NCBI GenBank assembly: GCA_963770895.1
Contig: CAVYRF010000002.1
Coordinates: 576,001-640,000 of the forward strand
From: an uncultured Acidobacteriota bacterium
Lineage (GTDB): Bacteria; Acidobacteriota; Thermoanaerobaculia; Multivoradales; UBA5704
Reading direction: 5' to 3'
DNA: 64,000 bases
Positions 28,170-37,857 of this stretch are shown here, piece by piece (position 1 is the stretch's first letter; each line of letters opens with the position of its first letter). Below the pieces are notes generated by a model. The model did not search any database and had not been told where the DNA came from. It saw only the letters and a program-made list of their open reading frames with translations. The translations under genes were made by a program, and so were the position numbers.

Positions 28170-29216
28170 TCAGCCGCCGGCGAGCGCCTGCAGGTGCGCC
28201 GCGACCAGGTCGGGGAGGCTCGCGATGTCGTAGCCGCCTTCCAGGACGGCGACGACGCGGCCGTCGCAGACCTCCGCGGCCAGCTGGCGCAGCCACTCCC
28301 CCCAGCGCGCGAAGCCGTCCTGGGTGACCGCCATGCCAGCCAGGGGATCGCGCATCCAGGCGTCGAAGCCGGCCGAGATGAGCAGCACCTCCGGCGCGAA
28401 CCGGCGCAGCGCCGGCAGCACGTGGTCCTGGATCGCCTCGGCGTAGCCGGCGTCGCCGGTGCCGGCGGGGAGCGGCAGGTTGAGCGTCGCGCCGGCCCCT
28501 TCGCCCAACCCGGTTTCGTCGGCCGCACCGGTGCCGGGATAGAACGGATACTGGTGGGTGCTGGCGAAAAACACGTCGGCGCGCGTTTCGAACAGGTGCT
28601 GGGTGCCGTTGCCGTGGTGCACGTCAAAATCGAAGATGGCGACGCGCGAAACGCCGTGCCGTTGCCGCAGGTGCTGGGCGGCAACGGCGACGTTGTTGAA
28701 GAAGCAGAAACCCATCGCCGTCGCCGCTTCGGCGTGGTGACCCGGCGGCCGCACGGCGGCGAAGCCGGTGCGGTCACGCCCGCCGGCCACCCAGTCGGCG
28801 GCGGCGAGAGCTGCCTGCACGCCACCCCAGGCGGCGTCCCACGCTCCCGCCGACAGCGGGTTGTCGGACGAATCGAGCAGGCCGTCGCCGCGTTCCACCG
28901 CGCGTGCGAACCGCTCGATGTAGCTTTCCTGGTGGAGCGCGCTGACCGCCGCCAGCGCCTCGGCCGGCGGCGTCGACAGGCCGTCCGGCTCCGCGGCCTC
29001 CGGCTTTGACGGCACAGATGACGGCCGTGACGGCGACGAGGGCGACGAGGCGTCCACCGCCGGCGGCGCCGGGTGGAGGTCGTGGATCTCCAGACCGGCC
29101 GTGCGCAGGCGCTCCAACACCCGCGCCAGGCGCCGCGGCTGCTCGGGGTAGCTGGGCGGCACGACGTGGCCGAGGCAGCGCGAATCGGTAAAGACGCGGA
29201 TCACAAGGCGGATCAT
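28170..29216 (-). CDS. histone deacetylase / AcuC-family deacylase
   Basis: RPPGHHA, GFCFFNN, DFDVHHGNGT, SAGFD, LEGGY. Confidence 0.92.
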   Translation of the reverse strand: MIRLVIRVFTDSRCLGHVVPPSYPEQPRRLARVLERLRTAGLEIHDLHPAPPAVDASSPSSPSRPSSVPSKPEAAEPDGLSTPPAEALAAVSALHQESYIERFARAVERGDGLLDSSDNPLSAGAWDAAWGGVQAALAAADWVAGGRDRTGFAAVRPPGHHAEAATAMGFCFFNNVAVAAQHLRQRHGVSRVAIFDFDVHHGNGTQHLFETRADVFFASTHQYPFYPGTGAADETGLGEGAGATLNLPLPAGTGDAGYAEAIQDHVLPALRRFAPEVLLISAGFDAWMRDPLAGMAVTQDGFARWGEWLRQLAAEVCDGRVVAVLEGGYDIASLPDLVAAHLQALAGG

Positions 29217-29219
29217 AGA

Positions 29220-29888
29220 TCATGGCCGCACCCCGCCGCCCTCGGCCACCAGAAATCGCAGATCTGGCACATCCAGGCTGGCAGCGGCGGCCCTGCCATG
29301 CGCCGCGACGTCGCGGCGCACCCGCGGCAGCAGCCCTTCGACGCAGCGCGCGGTCAGGCCGCTGCCCAGGGCAGCGGCGATCTCTTCGCTGGTCCAGCCC
29401 GACGCCGACATCACCAGGATCCTGGCATTGCGGCGGCAGTGGCGGCGCCCGGCGAGCGCCCCGCACGTTTCCAGAAACATCCTCACCCGCTCGTGGCCCA
29501 GCACCCGCTCTTCGGGATTGGCCCGCGGGTCCTCCACCAGCTTCTCGGCGGCGTCGGAGGCCGGCTGCTCCCTGCCACGCTTGAGCGCGCGCGCCGCGCG
29601 CAGCTGGTCGAGCACCACCCGCTCCGCCACCTTGCCCAGGAACGCCGCGACCTGCGGGTCGTTGATCGCGCGGCAGCTGTAGATGCGCCGGCCGCCGCCG
29701 TCCAGCAAGCGGCAGTACACCTCCTGCACCAACTCTTCGACCTGCTCGCGACGCGGCCGCACGCCGGCCTGCCGCAACACCCGCCCCACCCGCGCCCGCA
29801 GCCCCGGCCCAAAGCGGCGGATCAGCTCCTCCCAGGCCGACTCCGGCCCGGCCGCCGACGCAAAGCACAGCTCTGCCAATCGTTGCAT
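29220..29888 (-). CDS. ECF-like RNA polymerase sigma factor
   Basis: AWEELIRRF, EELVQEVY.RL, LD.LR region 2; G.T.EEIA..LG HTH region 4. Confidence 0.65.
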   Translation of the reverse strand: MQRLAELCFASAAGPESAWEELIRRFGPGLRARVGRVLRQAGVRPRREQVEELVQEVYCRLLDGGGRRIYSCRAINDPQVAAFLGKVAERVVLDQLRAARALKRGREQPASDAAEKLVEDPRANPEERVLGHERVRMFLETCGALAGRRHCRRNARILVMSASGWTSEEIAAALGSGLTARCVEGLLPRVRRDVAAHGRAAAASLDVPDLRFLVAEGGGVRP

Positions 29889-30269
29889 CGCACCGCTCCC
29901 CCTTCGCCATGAAGGGGGGCGGCGGCTGCCAGGGGATTTGAGGGCACGCGGCCAGGGAACGCAGGAGCGTCCGGCGGCGACAGGGACGCTTTTTATAACA
30001 TGCACAAGCGACGCAGGCAACTGCCATCTTTGGGCGGTTGGGGCGGCGGCGTTGGCCGGTTGGGCGGCGGCGCGCTTTGGCCCCACGATCCTTCAAGTCA
30101 AGAGGCAGGCGTCAGAGCAGCCGGCGACAGACCTTCCGCGGCCCTGGGCTACAATGCTCGCTCCGAGGCCGCCGTGCGCCAACGCTCCCCGTCTCACAAG
30201 TCCAAACCCCAGCAGCCTACGGACCGGCCCATCAACAGGGCTGGGGCAGGCACGCCTGGCGCCAAGGCG

Positions 30270-31802
30270 GTGCATGGCGCGCAAGGGGCGTTCGCCACGC
30301 TGGGGGGGGCCGGCGCCAGGGCGGCAGTCGGCGCCAGGGCGGCGGTCGGCGCCAGGGCGGCGGTCGGCGCGATCGCCGCGGTCGCCGCGGTCGCCTTGCT
30401 CGGCGCGCTGGCCGCGCTGGGCCTGGTGGCGGCCGGTTGCAGGGGCGGCGCGGCCGGGACGGGAGCCGGCCCGGCGGCGGGGCGGGGGCTGGCTGGAGCG
30501 GCGCGGGGCTGGAACGTGCTGCTGCTGACGATCGACACGCTGCGGTCGGATCGGCTGGGGGTGTACGGCTACCGGCGCCGCGCGACGTCGCCGCACCTGG
30601 ACGGCGAGCTGGGGGCGGGAATCGTCTTCGACAGCGCGTTTTCGCAACGGGCCGCGACCTGGCCGTCGCTGGCTTCAGTGCTCAGCGGGCTCTATCCGAG
30701 CGGCCACGGGGTGGACGAAAACGGCTACGGGTTCCCGGACGACCTGCCGACCCTGCCCAAGCTGCTGCACGGCGCGGGGTACCGCACCGCGGCGTTCCTG
30801 AGCAACATGTGCGACGCCAACCACCTGGGCTGGGACGATCGCACCTGCATGGGCGGCAAGGACGGCAAGACGGTGCAGGAGGCGCTGGACTGGGCCGCCG
30901 GCCCCGAACCGACCCCGCGGCGCCCGTTCCTGATGTGGGTGCACCTGTTCGGCGCCCATCCGCCCTACTACAACGGCGGCGACCTGGCGAACCAGCTCGA
31001 CCCCGGCTACGAAGGGGAGCTGGGCCCCAAGAAGTGGCGCCTGGATGAGGTGATGACGCAGCACCTGCGCCTGGACGCGGCGGACCTTCGCCACCTGGAC
31101 GCGCTGTACGACGGCGCGGTCATCGGCAGCGACCGGCTGGCGGGCGCGCTGCTCGACGGCCTGCGCCAGGCCGGCAAGCTGGATCACACGCTGGTGGTGA
31201 TCGCCGCCGACCACGGCGAAGAGCTGTACGCGCACAACGCCTATCTCTACCATGCCTGCTCCGTCTACCAGACGACGCTGCACGTGCCGCTCGCCTTCGC
31301 CGCGCCGGGGCTGCTGCGCGCCGGCGCCCGCGTGCCGCAGGCGGTCGAGCTCATCGACGTGCTGCCGACGCTGCTCGAGCTGCTCGCCGTGGCGCCGCCG
31401 GCGCGCCTGGACGGCCGCTCGCTGGTGCCCTACCTGGAGCGCCCCGGCGAGGGCGGCGCCGGCAAGCCGGCGTTCTCCGAATACGGCGCCAGCCACCTGC
31501 ACACCGTCATCCAGGGCGGCTGGAAGCTGGTCGACAACCCGGACGACCTGCAGCCCGCGTGCATCCCCGGTCTGGCCGGCAAGCCGCCGCTGCACTATGC
31601 GATCGGCCGCTCCGAGCTGTACGACCTGGCCCACGATCCCGGCGAAACCGTCAACCTGGCCGCCACCCACCCGGTGGAGCAAGCCGCCCTGGCGCGCCTG
31701 ATCGTCCAGCGCTTCAGCCACCTGGCCACCCGCGCCCACCCCCAGCAGGTGCCTGAAAAGCTGCGCAAAGAGCTGACCGACCTGGGCTACGTCGCGCCGT
31801 AG
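30270..31802 (+). CDS. sulfatase-like hydrolase/alkaline-phosphatase superfamily lipoprotein (start approximate)
   Basis: NVLLLTIDTLR.D, ADHGE, HVPL, ID.LPT, ELYDL..DPGE..NL, L..LGY; lipobox-like LVAAGC. Confidence 0.85.
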   Translation: MHGAQGAFATLGGAGARAAVGARAAVGARAAVGAIAAVAAVALLGALAALGLVAAGCRGGAAGTGAGPAAGRGLAGAARGWNVLLLTIDTLRSDRLGVYGYRRRATSPHLDGELGAGIVFDSAFSQRAATWPSLASVLSGLYPSGHGVDENGYGFPDDLPTLPKLLHGAGYRTAAFLSNMCDANHLGWDDRTCMGGKDGKTVQEALDWAAGPEPTPRRPFLMWVHLFGAHPPYYNGGDLANQLDPGYEGELGPKKWRLDEVMTQHLRLDAADLRHLDALYDGAVIGSDRLAGALLDGLRQAGKLDHTLVVIAADHGEELYAHNAYLYHACSVYQTTLHVPLAFAAPGLLRAGARVPQAVELIDVLPTLLELLAVAPPARLDGRSLVPYLERPGEGGAGKPAFSEYGASHLHTVIQGGWKLVDNPDDLQPACIPGLAGKPPLHYAIGRSELYDLAHDPGETVNLAATHPVEQAALARLIVQRFSHLATRAHPQQVPEKLRKELTDLGYVAP

Positions 31803-31878
31803 CGCTCCCCGCCGGAAGCCCGTAGGGCTAGCTACCAGCACCACGCCGGTGCAGCCGGGCCACCGCGCTGCCGTGAAG

Positions 31879-32085
31879 CTAGTGTCCCGAGTCAGAAGTT
31901 TCACACCATAATTCGGCGGCCGCCCACGCCCCTGGCGGCGTTGCGACCTGCCGGAAGTGCCGGGACAGGCGGCAGCCCCGGCCGCCGCCTCGACATAGTC
32001 TCGACTATGCCTGCGGCGGCGTGCCTGGCCAGGAGCGCGGATGACTCGCCGACTTATGCCGCGAATTTCTGACTCGGGACACTAG
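31879..32085. mobile_element. MITE/palindromic element A (207 bp)
   Basis: Perfect 19-bp terminal inverted repeat CTAGTGTCCCGAGTCAGAA / TTCTGACTCGGGACACTAG, extending imperfectly to ~40 bp; central hairpin; no transposase. Confidence 0.75.
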
Positions 32086-32105
32086 TAATGGCCTGTATCA
32101 GGCCA

Positions 32106-32253
32106 CTAGTACTACTGTGTCACGCCAGCAGAAAAAGCCTGCCAGCGTTGAATTCCACGAAATTTTCAGAAGTATTCAATTGAAATACGCAAAGTACTGA
32201 GACAGAACAACTTGCACGGCAGCCTGTGCGAGTTTGTGACACTGTAGTACTAG
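32106..32253. mobile_element. MITE-like element B (148 bp, AT-rich interior)
   Basis: 18-bp TIR with 1 mismatch, CTAGTACTACTGTGTCAC / GTGACACTGTAGTACTAG. Confidence 0.7.
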
Positions 32254-32365
32254 CCGCGCGCCGCCGCCAGCGCCGCCGGTAGCCGGTTGCGGCTGTTTGC
32301 CGCACCTCCCATGATGCGGGCGATTCCGAGTTACCATCTGGCAGCTTCCTCGGGACGGAACGACC

Positions 32366-35300
32366 ATGAGCGATCTGTTAAGGATCACCGACCGGTACCA
32401 GCTCGACAAGCTGGTGCATGCGAGCGACGCCGCCAGCGTCTTTCGCGCCGTCGACCTGCACTCGCGCCGCGTGGTGGCGCTCAAGCTGATGCGCCCGCCT
32501 GCCGGCCAGCCGGCCGGCGGTGGCGCGCCCGGCGAGCAGGCCCGTTTCGCCGACGCCTGCCGGGCCTTGCAGCAGTGCAACCATCCCAGCGTGCCGCCGC
32601 TGCTGGATTTTGGTTTTGCCGGCAGCGGCGAAGCCTTTCTTGCGGTCGAGTACCTGCTGGGCGCCACCTTCGATCTGCTGGCGGGGTCGCCCGCGACGCG
32701 CGTGCTGCCGCTGCTGCTGCCGGTGCTCGACGCGCTCGAGGAGCTGGACCGCCACGGCCTCGCTCATGGCAACCTGCGCGCCGACAACCTCCTGGTGGTG
32801 CCGCGCGGCGGCAGCGAGGAGGAAATCAAGCTTCTCGGCTGGGGCAGCGCCGTCGCCGGAACCGGCGACGAGGGGCGGCGCAACGACCTGCGCGCCTTCG
32901 CCGAGGTCGCCTGCACGGCGATCGCGGCGCGCGTCGAGCGCGGCCCTTCACCGGTCGTCAGCCTGCGCCCCGAAGACGAATCGCAGCTGGCCGACGCCTC
33001 CGAGCTGGCCATCCTGCTGTCGCTGCTGCTGCAGCCCGGCGGCGCGATGCCCGCCAGCCTCTCCTCGGAGCTCCGCCGGGCCTTCCGCCAGGCGCTCCAC
33101 GGCGACGCGGCAGGCGGCGCGCCGCTCGACCTGGACAGCGCCGTGCGCGCCGACATCACCATGGCCGTCCCCCGCGACCGGCTCCTCGCCGGCACCGCCC
33201 TACCGGCCGGCGCCGCCGCCGCTGCCGGATTAGCGGCCGGCGCCGGCGCCCAGGCAGCGGCTTCGCCAGCGGCACCCGAAGCGGCCGGCGTGCGTACCGA
33301 AACTCTTCCCAGCTTTCGACCCGAAGACCTGAGCTCCACCCGGCCCGGCATCGCGACCATCGCCGCGATCATTGCGGAAGACAAGCCCGCACCCGCACCC
33401 AGGGCGTCCCGCGCCGAGCGGCGCACCCCGCGGCGCGGCACCCCGTACATCGCGTCCGCGGCGCCCGCCGCTGCGGCCACGGCCGCGTCTCCGGCAGTCG
33501 ATGCCGGCGGTCCACCGGTGCCCGTCGCCGATGCGCGATCCACCGGACGCCACTCCGCGGCGGGCGGCGCGGCGCACCTGCCGGCCGAACCTGCCCTGCC
33601 GCCGCCTGAAGCAGAAGCGTGGATGTCTCCCCAACCGTCCTGGATGGTGACCCGGCTCGTGCCGCCCTCCGACGCCGCCGGCAAGCCGCAGACGGAAGCG
33701 CCGCCTGCCGCTGGCGCCGCGCCACGCGCCGACTCCGCCTCCGTCCTGCCGTTCCCCGCTCCACCAGCCCCACCGCAGGCCGCCGCCCAGGCGGCCGACG
33801 CGGCCCGCCCGCTCAGCCCGGCAGCCGCCGGCAACTCGGCAAGCGCCGGCAACTCGCCAGAGCCCTCCGCTCCAGGCAGCTACGACCCGGCTACGGCGGC
33901 AGGCACGGCCCGTACAGGAAGCCCGGCAGACGCTGGCAACCTGGCAGGCGCCGACAGCCAGGCCAATGTCGGCACCTTGCCACAGACCTCTGCCCTGGGC
34001 AGCTACGATCCGGCCGAGGCGGCAGGCGCGGCCCGTATGGGTAGCCCGGTCGCCTCTGGCAACCTGGCAGGCGCTGGCGGCCAGGCCAACATCGGCAACT
34101 TGCAAGAGCCCACTACCCTGGGCAGCTACGATCCGGCAACGGCGGCAGGCGCGGCCGGCGCGGGCAGGACCGCTGGGCTCGCTGTGCCGGGCGGCGGCAC
34201 CACTGCCGCTCCTGCGCGCACCGCGACGGGCTCGGCTGGTCTGGCAGCTCGCCAGATCACCGATCCGACAACCGCGCCAGCCGCGGCAGCCGCAGCGGCG
34301 GCGCTGTCGCAGGCGGAGCGCGATCAGCTTGACCGCGGCGCCGCCGCTCGGCAGCCGTCGCCCCCCCTGCCCCACCGTCAGCCGGTGCATCCACCCGCAG
34401 CGGAGCCCCAGCCATCGCCTGGTGCCATGCCGGCTCTTACGGCGGCGGCGGCGCAGACGGCGGGGCGGCCGAGCGCCCCGCGCGGGCGCCGGGGCGGACT
34501 GCGGGCCTGGATTGCCGGCGGCGCGATCGTGCTGTTGGCAGCGGCGCTTGCGGTTGTCGCGGCGATCGCCATGCACCAGCGCCGGCCGGAGACGTCGGCG
34601 GCGGTGGCACCGCCTGCGGCCCGCGGCGCGGGCACCACGGCGGTACACCCCGCTCCGGGGGCCCCGCCAGGACCGGCGGCTCCGGCCGCGCCGGGCGGCG
34701 CGCTCACCACCGCCGTCCCCGGCGCGAACCCCTCGGCACCGCCGGGGGTGGCGCCGCCGCCCGCGGACCCGCAGCTCGCCGCGGTCGAGGAGCGGCTGGC
34801 GGCCGGCGACCTGGCGGGCGCCCGCCGCGCTCTGACGCAGATCTCTCCCGCGCAGCAGGCGGCGTTCGGCGAAGCGGATCGCGCCACCTGGGCTCGTCTC
34901 AACGAGACGGTGGCAACCGACGTGCGCGGGCGCATCGCCGGCGACCTGGCCGCGGGCTTCTCTCGCGGCGACATGCGCCGGCTTGGCTCGGCGCTGGCGG
35001 CGGCAAAGCGGGAGCAGGGCCTGCCGGTCGTCTTGCGGCGCGACCTGGACCGCGCCCGCCAGGCGGTGGACCTGGACGCGCGGCTGCGCCAGCCCGATCC
35101 GCCCGAGGGACAGCCCGAAGCGCTGCGCGACGCGACCGACCTGCTCGCCCTGCTGCCGCGCTACGGCCGCGCCGCGGAGCTGCGGGAGGCGGCGGCGAAA
35201 AAGGTGGAGGAGCAGGCCGACGCGGCCGTCGCCGCCGGCGACTTCGACCGCGCCACCCAGCGGCTGGCCGCGCTACGCGACAAGTGGCCCGACCGCGCGG

Positions 35301-35863
35301 GTCTGCAGGACCGCGCCGACCGGCTGGAGGCGCAGCGGCGCGGCGACGAACGCCTGACCGCGGCGCTGGCGGCGGCCGAGCGGGCGGAGGCCGCGGGCCA
35401 GCCGCTGCAAGGGCTGGAAGCGCTCGCCGCGGCCAACCCCGGCGCCCGCTTCCGCGACCGCTTCCGGCAGGAGCGCGATCGCCTCAACCAGCTGCTCGCC
35501 AAGCTGGACGCCAACCCGCCGGTCGTCTCCCTGCGCGGCGGCGCCAAGCTGGAGTACGACAAAGGCAAGGGCATCGTCGTGCCGCTGCACGTCACCGACG
35601 ATTTCGCGGTCAAGACCGTCGAATGCTTCTTCCGCGCCGAAGGCGACCCCGCCTACCGGCAGATCGCCGTGCGCCACCTCGCCGGCGCCGACTACGAGGT
35701 CGCCATCCCCGCCGACGCCCACCAAAACCGCAACATCGAGATCTACGTCGCCGCCACCGACCCCTCCGGTCACCAGACCCTGCTCGGCACCCGCGACCAG
35801 CCGCTCAAGGTCAAGCGCCGCAACTGGCTCGAAAAGATCTTCGTCGGCAAGGAAGGCCAGTAG
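32366..35863 (+). CDS. membrane-anchored Hanks-type kinase-like protein (probable pseudokinase) with long disordered linker
   Basis: DRYQL..., VALKLM, HP.VP.LLDFG; catalytic loop HGNLRADN; GWG instead of DFG; TM helix near aa 715-740; helical plus beta-sandwich C-terminus. Confidence 0.75.
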   Translation: MSDLLRITDRYQLDKLVHASDAASVFRAVDLHSRRVVALKLMRPPAGQPAGGGAPGEQARFADACRALQQCNHPSVPPLLDFGFAGSGEAFLAVEYLLGATFDLLAGSPATRVLPLLLPVLDALEELDRHGLAHGNLRADNLLVVPRGGSEEEIKLLGWGSAVAGTGDEGRRNDLRAFAEVACTAIAARVERGPSPVVSLRPEDESQLADASELAILLSLLLQPGGAMPASLSSELRRAFRQALHGDAAGGAPLDLDSAVRADITMAVPRDRLLAGTALPAGAAAAAGLAAGAGAQAAASPAAPEAAGVRTETLPSFRPEDLSSTRPGIATIAAIIAEDKPAPAPRASRAERRTPRRGTPYIASAAPAAAATAASPAVDAGGPPVPVADARSTGRHSAAGGAAHLPAEPALPPPEAEAWMSPQPSWMVTRLVPPSDAAGKPQTEAPPAAGAAPRADSASVLPFPAPPAPPQAAAQAADAARPLSPAAAGNSASAGNSPEPSAPGSYDPATAAGTARTGSPADAGNLAGADSQANVGTLPQTSALGSYDPAEAAGAARMGSPVASGNLAGAGGQANIGNLQEPTTLGSYDPATAAGAAGAGRTAGLAVPGGGTTAAPARTATGSAGLAARQITDPTTAPAAAAAAAALSQAERDQLDRGAAARQPSPPLPHRQPVHPPAAEPQPSPGAMPALTAAAAQTAGRPSAPRGRRGGLRAWIAGGAIVLLAAALAVVAAIAMHQRRPETSAAVAPPAARGAGTTAVHPAPGAPPGPAAPAAPGGALTTAVPGANPSAPPGVAPPPADPQLAAVEERLAAGDLAGARRALTQISPAQQAAFGEADRATWARLNETVATDVRGRIAGDLAAGFSRGDMRRLGSALAAAKREQGLPVVLRRDLDRARQAVDLDARLRQPDPPEGQPEALRDATDLLALLPRYGRAAELREAAAKKVEEQADAAVAAGDFDRATQRLAALRDKWPDRAGLQDRADRLEAQRRGDERLTAALAAAERAEAAGQPLQGLEALAAANPGARFRDRFRQERDRLNQLLAKLDANPPVVSLRGGAKLEYDKGKGIVVPLHVTDDFAVKTVECFFRAEGDPAYRQIAVRHLAGADYEVAIPADAHQNRNIEIYVAATDPSGHQTLLGTRDQPLKVKRRNWLEKIFVGKEGQ
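33830..34160 (+). repeat. 123-bp (41-aa) coding tandem repeat, ~2.7 copies
   Basis: GGCAGCTACGA(C/T)CCGG recurs at 33875, 33998 and 34121 (GSYDP). Confidence 0.85.
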
Positions 35864-35989
35864 CCAGGTCCACGCTCACGAACAGGTCGCACCGCCGCCA
35901 TGCTGGTCGTGGTGTCGCGGCGCGGTTGACTCTTCTCCCCGCACTCGTTGAGGTATAGCCCGCCAGAGCGGGAGGAGGAGAGCAAGCCC

Positions 35990-36178
35990 ATGAAAAAGAG
36001 GGGGAAGGTCCTGCTGCATCGCGAGACGCTGCGCAACCTGTCCAACAGCACGATCTCCAGGGTCGTCGGCGGCGCCCTCAACTCGAAGGTAGCGCCCAGC
36101 ATTTGCGGGTCGGCCTGCCTCACCGACTGCTACGGCACCGTCTGCTCCATCGGCACCGGCTGCGGAGGCACCGAGTAG
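35990..36178 (+). CDS. RiPP-like precursor peptide 2 (62 aa)
   Basis: MKKRGKVLLHRETLRNLSNSTISRVVGG-ALNSKVAPSICGSACLTDCYGTVCSIGTGCGGTE; GGAGGAGG RBS. Confidence 0.8.
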   Translation: MKKRGKVLLHRETLRNLSNSTISRVVGGALNSKVAPSICGSACLTDCYGTVCSIGTGCGGTE

Positions 36179-36389
36179 CCTTCGTCGAGCAGCCCGTGGT
36201 GGAGCTGCGCATCACCGCGGTCGAGGCGGCACCGTTTTTCGATGAAGTCCCGCATCGCCTGCGGCGCGGCGCCTGGCAGTCCGACCCTCCGGTGCTCGCA
36301 ACCGCCGCAACGGCCTTGCGCCACTGGCGCCACGGCGGAAGTTGACTTGCAGGGGGGCTTTTGGGTTAGGATGCGGGTCCTTTGGCGGC

Positions 36390-36464
36390 GGGAGGTTAGC
36401 TCAGCGGTAGAGCACCTGCCTTACACGCAGGGGGTCGCGGGTTCGAATCCCCCACCTCCCACCA
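36390..36464 (+). tRNA. tRNA-Val(TAC)
   Basis: Acceptor GGGAGGT/ACCTCCC, anticodon loop CTTACAC, TTCGAAT, encoded CCA. Confidence 0.93.
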
Positions 36465-36495
36465 AAAGTGGGGGGCAAACGCCGATCATTTTTGC

Positions 36496-36572
36496 GGGGT
36501 CGTAGTTCAGCTGGTTAGAATGCCGGCCTGTCACGCCGGAGGTCGCGGGTTCGAGTCCCGTCGGCCCCGCCA
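36496..36572 (+). tRNA. tRNA-Asp(GTC)
   Basis: Acceptor GGGGTCG/CGGCCCC, loop CTGTCAC, G discriminator, CCA. Confidence 0.95.
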
Positions 36573-36608
36573 TTCACCCGTCGCGGGCACCAAGAAGGAA
36601 GGTCGACG

Positions 36609-36764
36609 ATGCGCGAAAAGATCAAGCTGGTTTCGTCCGAAGGCACCGGCTACTTCTATACCACCACCAAGAACAAGAAGCTGTCGACCGAAAAGCTGCG
36701 CATGAAGAAGTACGACCCCAAGGTGCGCAAGCACGTCGAGTTCGTCGAAGAGAAGCTCCGCTAG
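36609..36764 (+). CDS. rpmG: 50S ribosomal protein L33 (zinc-free type)
   Basis: [51 protein letters not shown]. Below the ORF-track cutoff; translated by hand. Confidence 0.95.
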   Translation: MREKIKLVSSEGTGYFYTTTKNKKLSTEKLRMKKYDPKVRKHVEFVEEKLR

Positions 36765-37245
36765 GGGCTCCCGACTCAGACATTCGCGGCCTACGCCGGC
36801 GCGTCCGCGCTCTTCGCCAGGCACGCCGACCCGTCAAGCCGCAGCACCACCCCGGTTCCGCTTCTTCGGCACCGGCTCCCCGTCCGGCCGCTTCCCGCCC
36901 GCTTCAAGTGCCAGTCCAGCCATGGCGCCGGGCGTGGCGTTCCGCCCCGTTCCGATCCCTGGCATCGCCTGTGACGCCGCGGCGACTTTGGTACCTGCCG
37001 CCGGTCTTTCGTGCCACAATCAAACGCCGTGCCGGCTCCCCGGAGCGGCGCCGCCGCATCTAACGCCGGTCTGCAGAACGATGCGGTGGCGCGTGCCCGC
37101 GCGCCGGCAGGTTGGCGAAGCAGCAGCCGTCGTGGCAGTCGGCGCCGGGTGTGCCGGCCGGCGGCTTGCGCGCCGTTCCCGACGCAGCGCTGGTCGCGGC
37201 GGGGATCGCCGGCTCAATCAACGGACATCATCAAGGGAGGTCGCG

Positions 37246-37857
37246 ATGTTTCAGGTACCCGCTCTGCCCTATTCATTCGAAGCACTGGAGCCCCATATCG
37301 ACGCGCGCACCATGGAGATCCACCACGACAAGCATCACGCCGCGTACGTCACCAACCTCAACAAGGCGCTGGAACCCCACCAGGATCTGCAGCACAAGTC
37401 GGTCGAAGACCTGCTGCGCGGCATCCACGACCTGCCCGAATCGATCCGCACCGCGGTGCGCAACCATGGCGGCGGCCACGCCAACCACAGTCTCTTCTGG
37501 CAGATCATGGGGCCCGGCGGCGGCGGCACGCCGAGCGGCGACCTGGCCGCGGCGATCGACCGTGACCTCGGTGGCTTTGACACCTTCAAAGAGAAGCTGA
37601 CCAACGCCGCCGCAGCACAGTTCGGGTCCGGCTGGGGCTGGCTCGCGCTGTCAGACGGCAAGCTCGAGGTCATCGCCCGCCCCAACCAGGACAGCCCGCT
37701 GATGGAGGGCAAACACCCCATCCTGGGAGTCGACGTGTGGGAGCACGCCTACTACCTGCTGTATCAAAACCGCCGCCCGGACTACCTGAAGGCCTGGTGG
37801 AACACCATCGACTGGCAGAAGGCGGGAGCCGTCTACACCCAGGCTCACAACGCCTGA
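37246..37857 (+). CDS. sodA: Mn/Fe superoxide dismutase (Mn-type signature)
   Basis: [36 protein letters not shown]; GGGAGG RBS. Confidence 0.95.
   Translation: MFQVPALPYSFEALEPHIDARTMEIHHDKHHAAYVTNLNKALEPHQDLQHKSVEDLLRGIHDLPESIRTAVRNHGGGHANHSLFWQIMGPGGGGTPSGDLAAAIDRDLGGFDTFKEKLTNAAAAQFGSGWGWLALSDGKLEVIARPNQDSPLMEGKHPILGVDVWEHAYYLLYQNRRPDYLKAWWNTIDWQKAGAVYTQAHNA

Noticed and set aside
36342-36372. TTGACT...TAGGAT promoter before tRNA-Val
   Set aside because: The position is plausible but the 19-bp spacer makes the assignment uncertain, so it is not listed as a feature.
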